Origin: a virus
Lineage: Duplodnaviria; Caudoviricetes
Length of the DNA: 64,000 bases
Virus record (IMG/VR): IMGVR_UViG_3300033067_000628
Location: 9,705 to 73,704 of that record
Reading direction: 5' to 3' (one strand)
The notes beneath the pieces are model-generated. The model did not search any database. It was given only the letters and a program-made list of their open reading frames with translations, and was not told the DNA's origin. Of the stretch, positions 1-9,714 are shown piece after piece; the stretch's first letter is position 1; every line of letters starts with the position of its first letter. Both the position numbers and the translations under genes were made by a program.

Positions 1-1049
1 TGTTGCAATCTAATGAGGAAGTCTGTGGCATATAGTATGTTCTTAGGAACATGAACTATTAGCTGTCTATAGTTAGACTGACTAAGGACAATTTCTATAT
101 CAGATGTATAGACAGTATCGAAGTTAAACTCTACCCAGTCCAAGCTTTCTTCAACAGAGAATCCTTTAATAGGATATCTAATCTTAGAAGAAGACGTAGG
201 ACGATATGTAATTTCTAATACTTTAACTGGTGCATTAGAAAATGGTAGAACTTTGATTTGATTAATAGCCTCAGCACCACTGAAGCTAAGTCTAAGAACT
301 ACAATAGGACCGTTAACTAATTCAGATATCTCACCATCTGCATTAGCGCCCCATCGGTTGTAGGTAGTTTGGATAGGGACATCAGAATAGATAACCTCAG
401 ACCAGAAAGTTTCTGGCTTAGAGTCAACAGCTTTCTCAGCAGTAAACTGCTTACCTAGCTGACCACGCTGTCCATTGAGAATGGTTGCAGTAACAGTTGT
501 AGTTCTATTACCACGATTCAATAGGTGAGCTCTACGCTTCAAGACATAAGGAAGCTTAAGGAGTCTTGAGTCTCCATCGATTACAGCGGATGGAGATCTA
601 GTAGAAACGTTCCTAGAGATGTTAAAATTTACAAGCTTGACATCATCAAACTCAGGCATCCTATTGCGAATAGCAAAGACCCGGGCATCGTTGATCAGCT
701 TTAAGATAGCTGCACGAGATTTACTATACTCATCGTCTAAGGAAGACTTATACTGAGTCTGAAGATTGCTAAGTAGATCAGTCTGTTTATATAAACCTTT
801 TAAGTCTATATAGGCAGATTCCATATTTGAGTTATGGTCCGCAGAACTGATCTTTGATTCTTTGTCAGCATACTTTGGATTGAATACCTGTTTACCGCTA
901 GAAATCAAAGATACCAATCTCTTGGCTTCGAACTCAATAGCTCTAGAGGTTCCTATTTCAGACCTCTTACGCATTATGTTGACAATAGACTTTACAGCTT
1001 CTGTATGGCCTACTCCAACGATATTAGCAATTTTATCTAAAAGATTCAT
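1..1049 (-). CDS. Partial gene (runs off the left edge): putative virion structural/baseplate protein
   Basis: Not in the ORF track because it is open-ended. I translated it by hand from the ATG at 1049, which overlaps the upstream TAA (TAATG). It reads MNLLDKIANIVGVGHTEAVK...TFWSEVIYSDVPIQ...INQIKVLPFSNAPVKVLEITYRP...LIRLQ, about 349 codons with no stop before the edge. Function is inferred from context. Confidence 0.75.
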   Translation of the reverse strand, partial: MNLLDKIANIVGVGHTEAVKSIVNIMRKRSEIGTSRAIEFEAKRLVSLISSGKQVFNPKYADKESKISSADHNSNMESAYIDLKGLYKQTDLLSNLQTQYKSSLDDEYSKSRAAILKLINDARVFAIRNRMPEFDDVKLVNFNISRNVSTRSPSAVIDGDSRLLKLPYVLKRRAHLLNRGNRTTTVTATILNGQRGQLGKQFTAEKAVDSKPETFWSEVIYSDVPIQTTYNRWGANADGEISELVNGPIVVLRLSFSGAEAINQIKVLPFSNAPVKVLEITYRPTSSSKIRYPIKGFSVEESLDWVEFNFDTVYTSDIEIVLSQSNYRQLIVHVPKNILYATDFLIRLQ

Positions 1050-4000
1050 TAGAGCCTAGGCGCTATCTTTCCAGTTATTGCAGAGTATTGATCAACAGTC
1101 CATGACCCCGTATAGGCTGCTAGCAGAGAAAGATATCCCATAAGAGGTACAGACCCAGGATCACCAGCAGGGGAAATAGAATATACCGGATTATAAGGAT
1201 AACCACCAGACAGCGAATAAAGAGCTTCAGTTGTTCTGAAGAGTCCTTCTGCAATGCTAGTCCACTTCCTAGCCTGAATAGTGTTACCTGTTAGGGTATA
1301 GTACTCTATGGCTTTAGCACAAGCACTGAAGAGTTCTGATGGGACAGATCCAGAATATGGTGCCTGTTTGTTTTTAAACGAACCACCTTCTATTAGTATT
1401 CCGTCTTGATTGAGACTGCCTTTTAGTACCGCAGCCATGCTAGTTTCAAAGGTACTTACTAGTCTGTCAGTATCAAAGCTAGTAAACATTGGGTCTTGTT
1501 TAGCTTTGTGAATTGGAAGCCACATCAAATTCTTGATAGCAGTTATAGAGCCTGGTGGGAAGATACCACCACGAGCAGCGCCTACTGTTAAGTAAGGTTC
1601 TATAGTCAGCTGGTTAGAGTACACACCAGATATAGCCAATGGGAATAGATCTGTCATGGTTCCATTAGAACCATTAGGCCAACTAAGGATATCAGTTCCC
1701 CAAGACAAGTCGCCACTTAGGTTGAGATCTGGACTAAAGGTCTCTTCATAATAGATAGGGTCTTTGGCTTGATAGCCAGTATACCCAGCCCAACATCTAT
1801 TGCCATAGTAGAGATCATCCATAGCAGTACAGACATTGTCAAAGTGATGAGCTGCAAGCTTAGATATACGGTTGTATTTTGTAAGCCAGGTATCTGGAAG
1901 AGCAGTACCAGTATAAGTAGGGCTGTCAAAGTAACTATCAAAGTAATATGTAGCATTACTTATGCCCGAGAAAGCAATGGTCTTCGGGTTATAGTTGACG
2001 TTCATTCCAACTCTACCGCTATATAAAGCCCCGTTGACTGGGCTAACTTGCATAGAGTACATAGCAGCAAAAGACTTAATGTATTCTGTATTAAGATACT
2101 GGTTATTGCCAGTAGAGATCTCAGAGTTAGAATAGCCAGTAAGGATCGGGACTACTGAATCAGTAGATGGAATATAGTATACAGGTATGACATCGCTATT
2201 GATAAGCGAAGATCCACTAAATGGATTAAGGTTCATAACCTTATTAGCTATCTTAATAGCACCAGAGTATGCATTAAGAGCAGTAGCCCTAGTAGAAGTA
2301 TTGAGCCATGAAGCAGCGCCAGTCAAGTTAATAGCTTGTGTGTTAGAGCTGAATAGATCTAGACTTTCATTTACCTTATGCTTAGCAAACGTAGAGTACA
2401 GATAGATATCTCTTAAGGCATTATATTGTCCAGTATAAGGTGTATCATAAGCAAAAGTATTATAGTTCTGGCGTCTTGGGAAAGTAGCTGTACCAGTTAA
2501 TCCACCATAAGTAGCAAGCATTTGACCATTGGCTACTATATAACCAGTCATTATATTCTTAGGATACATTGAGCCATAGTATTTATATATAGGCTCAACT
2601 AATGGAGTAGTGCCAACACCAGAGATTGCTGGAGCTGTAATAGCAGTAGTAACGTCTGGTATGTAACCAGTAAATAGTCTTGTTTGGTTACCAGTAGTAA
2701 GCTCTTTAGCAAACATCATTATGCTAGAAGTGCTATATACCAGATCATCCCAGAATGTACTTGATGGTACATATGCAGCCAAGCCTGTAAAGTTTCGTAT
2801 CTCTTTGTAGCCATACTGAGAGTCTATAGATACAGAGTTAGCACTGAGCTGACCAGTACCTACTACAGTAGTGTCACGAACGGTAACTTGATTCCACTGG
2901 CCGTCTTGAGTACGTTCTTCATAAGAGAAGATTGGCTCAGGAGAAGAACGGATATAAGTATGCTCAAACTTTTGACCAGGGCTTAGCTTAAGGACATTGC
3001 CTTCGGTATCTGGATTGGATAAGAAACTAGTACCACTATATATACCAGTAGTATATAAGCTATCTGGCAAAGCCATAGAAGGATTAATCCAACCTGCTGC
3101 TTCGCCAGAGTTACCAAAGACAGATATGTCACCAGAAGCATTGGACTCTGCTATTGTATAGCTAGCTAAAGAGATATCAGCTGTATAGTCTGTAGGTTCA
3201 AACTGAGAAGTGTATTCATTAGTATTGAATCTAAAGATTGGATATACACCAGCAGCTATAAATTTATTAGCCCTATCTTTAATGTCACTTACAGACATTA
3301 CTTCTTTAAGCTCAGAAGGTAACTCAACTACTATTGCTGCAGATCCTGGATATGGTATACCATCGATCTTACCAATATCAAAGAAGTATTGTGACTCTTT
3401 AAACTTCTTCTCTGTAGCTTGACCAAGTTCATCTTCTCTTAAGCCACCGCCATAAGATCTTGTGTCAGTAACATTAACAGTGTCAAGGCCACCAAATGGC
3501 TTAACGTTAACGGCACCAAGTATTGCTATTGGCTCAAATGGATTCTCTACTTCTATTTTAAAGATAGCATCTTCTATTGAAGATCCAATAGAGTGATATA
3601 TAGACCTTGATCTATTAATGCCAGAGTTGCTCTTATATGGCAAGGCATAGAATAGAACATACTTATCTAATACGAACGGGTTCTGTAAGAAGTGCCCATT
3701 GAGATTTATATCTTTATAGACTAAGCTATTCTCAAGATAAGTATAGTAGACAAACGAATCTTTAGGAAGCTGTATACCTTCTTTGATATATACTATTCCA
3801 TTGATAGTATCAACATCTTTAATAATAGAAGATGGATATACCTTATCAAAGCTAGAGCTAAGGAATTGTATATTGTTATTCTTGAATAGAACTGGGAATC
3901 GAGATAGCTGTATTGAACTCTGAGTTATAAAGTTAGCAGGCTCACCTTCTACATCAGCAAAAGGTTTGCCCCATAAAGAAGACCAAGTCTGGTGTATATA

Positions 4001-4528
4001 CTCAGGAATACCAAAGTGATATATGATACCTTTGTAGGTCTGTAAGAAGGTACCGTTAGTTATAGGAGCCCACCAAGGTAAGGCTGCACCTTCAAGATAA
4101 GGAGCCTTGACTCCAATAGAAGAGGTCTTGTTATAGACAGCGGACCATCTTGTGCATCTAACTATTACAGACTTGCCGTCATTAGATATATCCTCGATAT
4201 CAAACGATGCAGGTATAGAAGTACCAGAAGCCTTAAGTTCGTCAGCGACTAAGTTAGAAACTTCAGCTAGCGAGATGATATCAATAGGATACGGCGAGTT
4301 AGATAGCTCTAGTGCTACTTGCCTTACAGACTTACCTACATAGGTAATAGTATATGGTGTAGTACCATTAGTTATACCAACAGTAGTAGATGTAAGAACC
4401 AAACTATAAGTTACAGTAGTATCTGGGTATAGTCTATTCTTGAATAGCAATACACCAAGCGGCCTGGCAGTTTGAGTGCCAAGCACACCTCTCATGAACT
4501 CAATAGTTTGTTTAGATAAGTTTGACAT
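1049..4528 (-). CDS. Large virion structural protein (baseplate/tail-associated), 1159 aa
   Basis: Long ORF coupled by TAATG at both ends. The segment DTRSYGGGL...YFFDIGKIDGIPYPGSAAIVVELP resembles baseplate-region proteins of large myoviruses as I recall them (unverified). The C-terminal part looks helical. Confidence 0.6.
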   Translation of the reverse strand: MSNLSKQTIEFMRGVLGTQTARPLGVLLFKNRLYPDTTVTYSLVLTSTTVGITNGTTPYTITYVGKSVRQVALELSNSPYPIDIISLAEVSNLVADELKASGTSIPASFDIEDISNDGKSVIVRCTRWSAVYNKTSSIGVKAPYLEGAALPWWAPITNGTFLQTYKGIIYHFGIPEYIHQTWSSLWGKPFADVEGEPANFITQSSIQLSRFPVLFKNNNIQFLSSSFDKVYPSSIIKDVDTINGIVYIKEGIQLPKDSFVYYTYLENSLVYKDINLNGHFLQNPFVLDKYVLFYALPYKSNSGINRSRSIYHSIGSSIEDAIFKIEVENPFEPIAILGAVNVKPFGGLDTVNVTDTRSYGGGLREDELGQATEKKFKESQYFFDIGKIDGIPYPGSAAIVVELPSELKEVMSVSDIKDRANKFIAAGVYPIFRFNTNEYTSQFEPTDYTADISLASYTIAESNASGDISVFGNSGEAAGWINPSMALPDSLYTTGIYSGTSFLSNPDTEGNVLKLSPGQKFEHTYIRSSPEPIFSYEERTQDGQWNQVTVRDTTVVGTGQLSANSVSIDSQYGYKEIRNFTGLAAYVPSSTFWDDLVYSTSSIMMFAKELTTGNQTRLFTGYIPDVTTAITAPAISGVGTTPLVEPIYKYYGSMYPKNIMTGYIVANGQMLATYGGLTGTATFPRRQNYNTFAYDTPYTGQYNALRDIYLYSTFAKHKVNESLDLFSSNTQAINLTGAASWLNTSTRATALNAYSGAIKIANKVMNLNPFSGSSLINSDVIPVYYIPSTDSVVPILTGYSNSEISTGNNQYLNTEYIKSFAAMYSMQVSPVNGALYSGRVGMNVNYNPKTIAFSGISNATYYFDSYFDSPTYTGTALPDTWLTKYNRISKLAAHHFDNVCTAMDDLYYGNRCWAGYTGYQAKDPIYYEETFSPDLNLSGDLSWGTDILSWPNGSNGTMTDLFPLAISGVYSNQLTIEPYLTVGAARGGIFPPGSITAIKNLMWLPIHKAKQDPMFTSFDTDRLVSTFETSMAAVLKGSLNQDGILIEGGSFKNKQAPYSGSVPSELFSACAKAIEYYTLTGNTIQARKWTSIAEGLFRTTEALYSLSGGYPYNPVYSISPAGDPGSVPLMGYLSLLAAYTGSWTVDQYSAITGKIAPRL

Positions 4529-7500
4529 TATACAGAGCCAGTCCAGCCAGTTGTATCACCATGCCATATATTGATATCATATGATCTTAGTGTGGCGTTT
4601 AAGTTCATGCTATACCATCCTGACTGTCCAGAGAACTTACCATCAGGATAGACATCATCATAAGACACCTGTTTCATTAACGGTATCGGATTATATATTT
4701 CAGTATCTTGTAGATTGACTACCGAGTTATCATATGATAATGACGGATAGTTAATAAAGACTGTCTTACCTATTGTTTGATATGGCGAGATTAGTATTGA
4801 GGTATATACTCTATCGGTATTGACTAACCCAGAATTAATTACTGTATTGAATCCATAATAGTTAGATACACCAGTAAGAGGTATAGAAGGATTATATGGG
4901 AAGGATACTATACGATATGGGAACTCGTCGTATGTCAAGTTATTACCTTGAGCATCCTTGATTACAATAGCCTTGTCAATCTTTGTTAGATTGTTATGGT
5001 ACTGATCATAGTCACCAGTAACCTGGCTGTGCGGTAGAGCATTAGGTACATAGATGCCTTTTGATTCACCACCTATAAGGTGCATGAAGTATCCTACATA
5101 AGAATTGGCATTGTCATTCCATACTGGGAACGAGCTGAGTCTTATGTCTGTTGAGTCAAACTGACCAGTAGCTCTGATACCTTGACCTGATGGATTGTAG
5201 ATAAAAGTTCGAGCAGTGAAGTCACCATAGAACTTGTTAGTTATGTTAGCATAGTTTTTATCAGATAGATCGAATGCTACAGTAGAAGAATCACTAGTCC
5301 ATTCTTTATTATTGATAAGGGCTAGGTTAACACCTTCAGGTGGAACATTACTACCTATCTGTATTGGGCTATCAGTAGAACCAAACGATTGAGTAGCGCT
5401 ATCGTTCTCATACATTGCATAGTATGACTCAGCATTGATAAAGACTGATTCATCAAAGAGAGCCAGGCCAGCCTTGTTGAGACCTTCATAGTCATTACCC
5501 ATATTGGATGTACACCATAACAGGTGCTCACCAGCACCAGTGAATGGAGTAGCAGGATAATGAGCTATACCGTAATAGGGCTGCTGTGTGGGTGTACCAG
5601 TACCAACAATGTAATCGATTATTGTATCTGTGTTCTTAACAGCTACGTCACTTAAGCCAGAGAAACCAGAAGCACCAGTATGTGCTAGTTGCTTCCATGG
5701 CCATATATAGCCAGAGAATGGGAAGCCAACAAAGAGCTCGCTGACACCAACGTCAAAGTATCTAAAGGACTGAGCCGCTGATATAGAGGCATCTCTAGGA
5801 TGCTCACCACCAAATATGAAGTTGGATCTATTAGTAACGTTATTCAAAGAGCTGCCAAGCAGGCCCTGATAACCTACGCATCTACCAGTTGTAGAGCTAA
5901 GCCAGCCGGTCTCTGTTAAATAGACTGGAGTATTTGAATCAAGATCCCCAGAGATATATGACTTAAGATAACCAGAGCCGAGTCCAAGATTGGCATCTAT
6001 GCCGATGTGACACCAAGAGCCAGTAGGAACAATGCCACCCGTGAAAGGGCCAACTACATATTGACTAGTAGTACCTATGCCTTCTCGTGTACGACGAGTG
6101 CCATATACTAATTGTGCACCAGAGTTAATACCAATATAGGCGCTAGCTAGTGCATAGCTATTGATACCATTTACTTCTTCATAAGATACTAAGTCTGCAA
6201 CCTCAAGAGCTCCAGTTGGCAGGTTAAAGATCTTAAAGAAACCACCAGCAACAAACCGAGAGTTTGAGTTAGTACGCTGATAACCACTTAAGCCACTAGC
6301 CCATTTGTCTAGGTTAGCATGCGCAAAGGCAGAGTTGTTAGAGTAATATCTATCACCGGCATTAGCTACACCAGCTTGTGTCATCGATGCAGAGCCAGTA
6401 CCATTAAAGATACGCTCGTCATATGCAGAGAATGGTATTACTAAATTAGCTGAAGGACCAAGGCGCCTAGCGTATCTACCCTTAGGACCAATTATCTTTT
6501 CAACAAAGAGTTGATGTGTCTTAATGCCACGACTAGAAAGCTCTTGTGTTACAGAGGCATTGTTAGGAATCTTAAGATGGGTTATACCAAAGCCTTCATC
6601 CCATTCAAACGCATCTTCTTGTGCATCAAGTCTGTAGATGTGTGACCACTGTAAGTGATTATAATCACCAGTAGATGGAATAGGAGGCTTAATGGAATTC
6701 CAAGGAGTAAAGGTTGGAGGAGAAGTTTTAGCTCCAAACACAGAGCAAGAAGCTCTAGCATCTACTCTATCGCGTATACCAAATCGTAAGTGGTCCATGT
6801 CACATAGAACATATTGACCAATTGTAGTTTGACGTGAGGTACCAGTTAAAGCGTAAGATGGAATCTTAGGCCAGGTATTGACATAGGTAGTAGAGGCAGG
6901 ATAAGATGCAGCTACAGAGCCAGCCAAGAATCCAGTCTCTCCATATGGATCAATTGCAAGACCAACTGAATTGACTGGTCTACCGTTGATTTCTAAAACC
7001 AATCTAGATGTACGTGCACCGTGATATATCTTATCACCAGCTGCAACCAAAGGCTGATCTGATGCAGTCTGTATATCACCAATAGCTCTAGTATCTTGGT
7101 AGACACCAATGTGATTCCAGTTACCAAAGCTAAGTGTATTGCTCTCAGAGGTAACAGAAACCTGACCGCTTCTCCCGGTAATCACAGAACCATTAGTTCT
7201 AGGCCCGGCAACTTGCCAGCTATCTCCTGTGATACCCATTGCAGAAGAGTGAACGTTTAAATCTATAGTAGCTCTAGGCTCACCACTTCTATTTAGATAT
7301 AAGAAGAGACCACGACCATCAGAAGACACACTCTTTAGTAGCTCTACTTCAAAGCCTGTAATTGTGCTAACGAAGCCATGTGGCCTTATCCATCCTTCGA
7401 ATAGCACTGAGCTTCTAGAGACAGGACTATATGGAACAGTGTCATATACATCATAGTCTCTAAGTGGAGAGCTATTTCTAGATATAGCACCAGTAGAAGT

Positions 7501-9711
7501 ATACTGTACGAAGTTATGGTCTACGATAGAACCAGTAACAGAGTATAGAATAAACTCATCTACGTCTTCGTTAAGAAGCTTTTCTTTCCAGCTACCCCAT
7601 CTATTAAGGATCAAGCCAGAAGGCTTAGTAAGTCTTGGCACAGATCCGAATGATATAGTTGTATCTGATCTATCGCCAGTATAGGTAACAGCACAGCTAA
7701 ACGGCTTAGGCTGTCTATATTGATAACCATCAAGGTAGTATCTAGTGCTAGTAGATGTATCCTTCAGAGTAACCATTACACCAGGGCCGCGAGGTATTTG
7801 TATTACACCCTGTATTACACCAATCTTAAGTTGGCCTGTAGGCGGTTTGATACCAGTCATGCATATACCGATATCTTGAGTACTCGAAGAACTATACCAG
7901 CTATCAACTACAACTCTCTGTGCAAAGATAGTAGAGTTATCAGGAGTAACATATGGCTCTACAATATACTGAACAGCAGCTATACCTGTGGCAGCAGTAG
8001 GAGGGCTAGCTGGATATGGTGAGTATGTACTTAGTAGTTCACCATAGAATATATTGCCAGTAGCTAATAAATTACCAGTCATCAATGGAGATGAAGCATT
8101 AGTACTCCATACACCAGAGTATGAATCTTGTATATTGAAGTTACGCCAAGCATTACCATAGAAGCCATCTTCTATTCTTACCAAGCCTTGGCCTGTATAA
8201 GATGAAGATACCAAACCTGGGAATAGGTTTGTCTCTGGTGCTGGGACATAAGAACCAACAGCGACCCGTGGTATAGAAAGCTCGTTGTGTAGATAGATCT
8301 CATCCTGATAGTGAGGAGGAGGTATTAGAGCTTGGTGCTTATCTTTGTCTATAGCAAAGAATATATCTTTAGGAAGAGATGACATCTTCCAGTTAGGAGT
8401 GATGTCAACTAATGTATAGCTACTCTTGGCTATTGTAGTTATATCATCTATCTCAGGCACATTGCCACTAAGAGAATTGGCTGTGAGCTTAAACCTTATT
8501 GCGTTTGGTATACCATTAAAGACTGGTATAGAAGATAGATCTATGTAGCTTGTAGGGCTTTGTGTGCCATTGAATGTTAAAACTGGAGCAGCAGAATCTT
8601 GCCATGCTGTAGATCCAAAGGACCCAGATGGCGTAGCATACTGTACAGCAACTGTGGTACTACCACCATTGTATTGGTTAGCTTTAACAACAGCACCAAC
8701 ATAGTTAGATATAGAGTGGCTAGGATACCACGGAGCTGTATAGATACTCTTAGAGCCACTAGGATATGTAACAGCATATCCACTAGGATAAGATACAGCA
8801 GACAGTCCAAAGGTTATCTTAACGTCATCCCAAAGGACAGTACCTTCATAGCCAGCTATGCCGGTTAAGCCTTTAGAGTCATAGAAGAATGGAGTACCAG
8901 TATTACTCTGGAAGAATCCGTTAGTACCAGTAAAGTTAGCACCACTGAAGAAAGGTGGAGCACCGAAAGCAATGTATCTACAAGACTGTGTAAATGGTAA
9001 AGCTGACTGGCCAGATGGAACATAGAGACTTGTATTGTCATCAGCTTGAATGGTATAAGAGTTAACCTCTTTAACCAATCTAATACGTCTCATCCTAGAT
9101 GAGTAATCACCAGGAAGAATAGCGCCAGTTGTGCCGTGAACTTTCAACCCAGACGGGTGGACTTCTATAAAGCCCCAGTTAACTGTATTACCAAAGTATA
9201 TACCATGGCATGTAACGCCACTAAGAGACTCTGGACCAAGCTGGTGTGTTACGCCTTCAGGTAAAGATCTCACACTAAGCTCAATGGTCATCTTACCATA
9301 TTGCAAAGTAGTCTTACTAGATGCATTATAAACAAAGCAGCTATGGTTGCCGCTAACCCAATTACCATTAGCACCAGTAACAGGCGTTGTTGTAGATGTA
9401 AAGAACGCCGTTTGTGAAGTATCTCCAGTGTTACCATAGATACCAAGCGAGGTGCTTTGGTAACCAGTAGCAGTAACAATAGAGAAGTTACCAGTAACTA
9501 TAGGTATAGAGTCAAGAGTGTTATTGACATCCCAAGTAGTAACTGGTGGCCATGGTGCATCGAATGAATATGTTTGTCCAGAGAAGTAGGCGGGGAGCAA
9601 CTTAGCTACCCCGTCTACTATCTCATATTCACCGGTATTGGTGTATATAGCACCATCAGAGCTAGAAAAATCATCCTTAGCCCAGGTGCTATACTGCGGT
9701 AGAAAAGTCAT
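4528..9711 (-). CDS. Tail fibre/adhesin-like protein with two LamG (ConA-like lectin) domains, 1727 aa
   Basis: LamG-type motifs: FEGWIRP...GNWNHIGVYQD...LEINGRPV (about 6900-7420) and AGGFFKI...GSWCHIGIDAN...KSYISGDL...YFDVGVSELFV (about 5720-6260). Rich in S/T/G/Y, consistent with beta structure. Confidence 0.7.
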   Translation of the reverse strand: MTFLPQYSTWAKDDFSSSDGAIYTNTGEYEIVDGVAKLLPAYFSGQTYSFDAPWPPVTTWDVNNTLDSIPIVTGNFSIVTATGYQSTSLGIYGNTGDTSQTAFFTSTTTPVTGANGNWVSGNHSCFVYNASSKTTLQYGKMTIELSVRSLPEGVTHQLGPESLSGVTCHGIYFGNTVNWGFIEVHPSGLKVHGTTGAILPGDYSSRMRRIRLVKEVNSYTIQADDNTSLYVPSGQSALPFTQSCRYIAFGAPPFFSGANFTGTNGFFQSNTGTPFFYDSKGLTGIAGYEGTVLWDDVKITFGLSAVSYPSGYAVTYPSGSKSIYTAPWYPSHSISNYVGAVVKANQYNGGSTTVAVQYATPSGSFGSTAWQDSAAPVLTFNGTQSPTSYIDLSSIPVFNGIPNAIRFKLTANSLSGNVPEIDDITTIAKSSYTLVDITPNWKMSSLPKDIFFAIDKDKHQALIPPPHYQDEIYLHNELSIPRVAVGSYVPAPETNLFPGLVSSSYTGQGLVRIEDGFYGNAWRNFNIQDSYSGVWSTNASSPLMTGNLLATGNIFYGELLSTYSPYPASPPTAATGIAAVQYIVEPYVTPDNSTIFAQRVVVDSWYSSSSTQDIGICMTGIKPPTGQLKIGVIQGVIQIPRGPGVMVTLKDTSTSTRYYLDGYQYRQPKPFSCAVTYTGDRSDTTISFGSVPRLTKPSGLILNRWGSWKEKLLNEDVDEFILYSVTGSIVDHNFVQYTSTGAISRNSSPLRDYDVYDTVPYSPVSRSSVLFEGWIRPHGFVSTITGFEVELLKSVSSDGRGLFLYLNRSGEPRATIDLNVHSSAMGITGDSWQVAGPRTNGSVITGRSGQVSVTSESNTLSFGNWNHIGVYQDTRAIGDIQTASDQPLVAAGDKIYHGARTSRLVLEINGRPVNSVGLAIDPYGETGFLAGSVAASYPASTTYVNTWPKIPSYALTGTSRQTTIGQYVLCDMDHLRFGIRDRVDARASCSVFGAKTSPPTFTPWNSIKPPIPSTGDYNHLQWSHIYRLDAQEDAFEWDEGFGITHLKIPNNASVTQELSSRGIKTHQLFVEKIIGPKGRYARRLGPSANLVIPFSAYDERIFNGTGSASMTQAGVANAGDRYYSNNSAFAHANLDKWASGLSGYQRTNSNSRFVAGGFFKIFNLPTGALEVADLVSYEEVNGINSYALASAYIGINSGAQLVYGTRRTREGIGTTSQYVVGPFTGGIVPTGSWCHIGIDANLGLGSGYLKSYISGDLDSNTPVYLTETGWLSSTTGRCVGYQGLLGSSLNNVTNRSNFIFGGEHPRDASISAAQSFRYFDVGVSELFVGFPFSGYIWPWKQLAHTGASGFSGLSDVAVKNTDTIIDYIVGTGTPTQQPYYGIAHYPATPFTGAGEHLLWCTSNMGNDYEGLNKAGLALFDESVFINAESYYAMYENDSATQSFGSTDSPIQIGSNVPPEGVNLALINNKEWTSDSSTVAFDLSDKNYANITNKFYGDFTARTFIYNPSGQGIRATGQFDSTDIRLSSFPVWNDNANSYVGYFMHLIGGESKGIYVPNALPHSQVTGDYDQYHNNLTKIDKAIVIKDAQGNNLTYDEFPYRIVSFPYNPSIPLTGVSNYYGFNTVINSGLVNTDRVYTSILISPYQTIGKTVFINYPSLSYDNSVVNLQDTEIYNPIPLMKQVSYDDVYPDGKFSGQSGWYSMNLNATLRSYDINIWHGDTTGWTGSV

Positions 9712-9714
9712 TTT

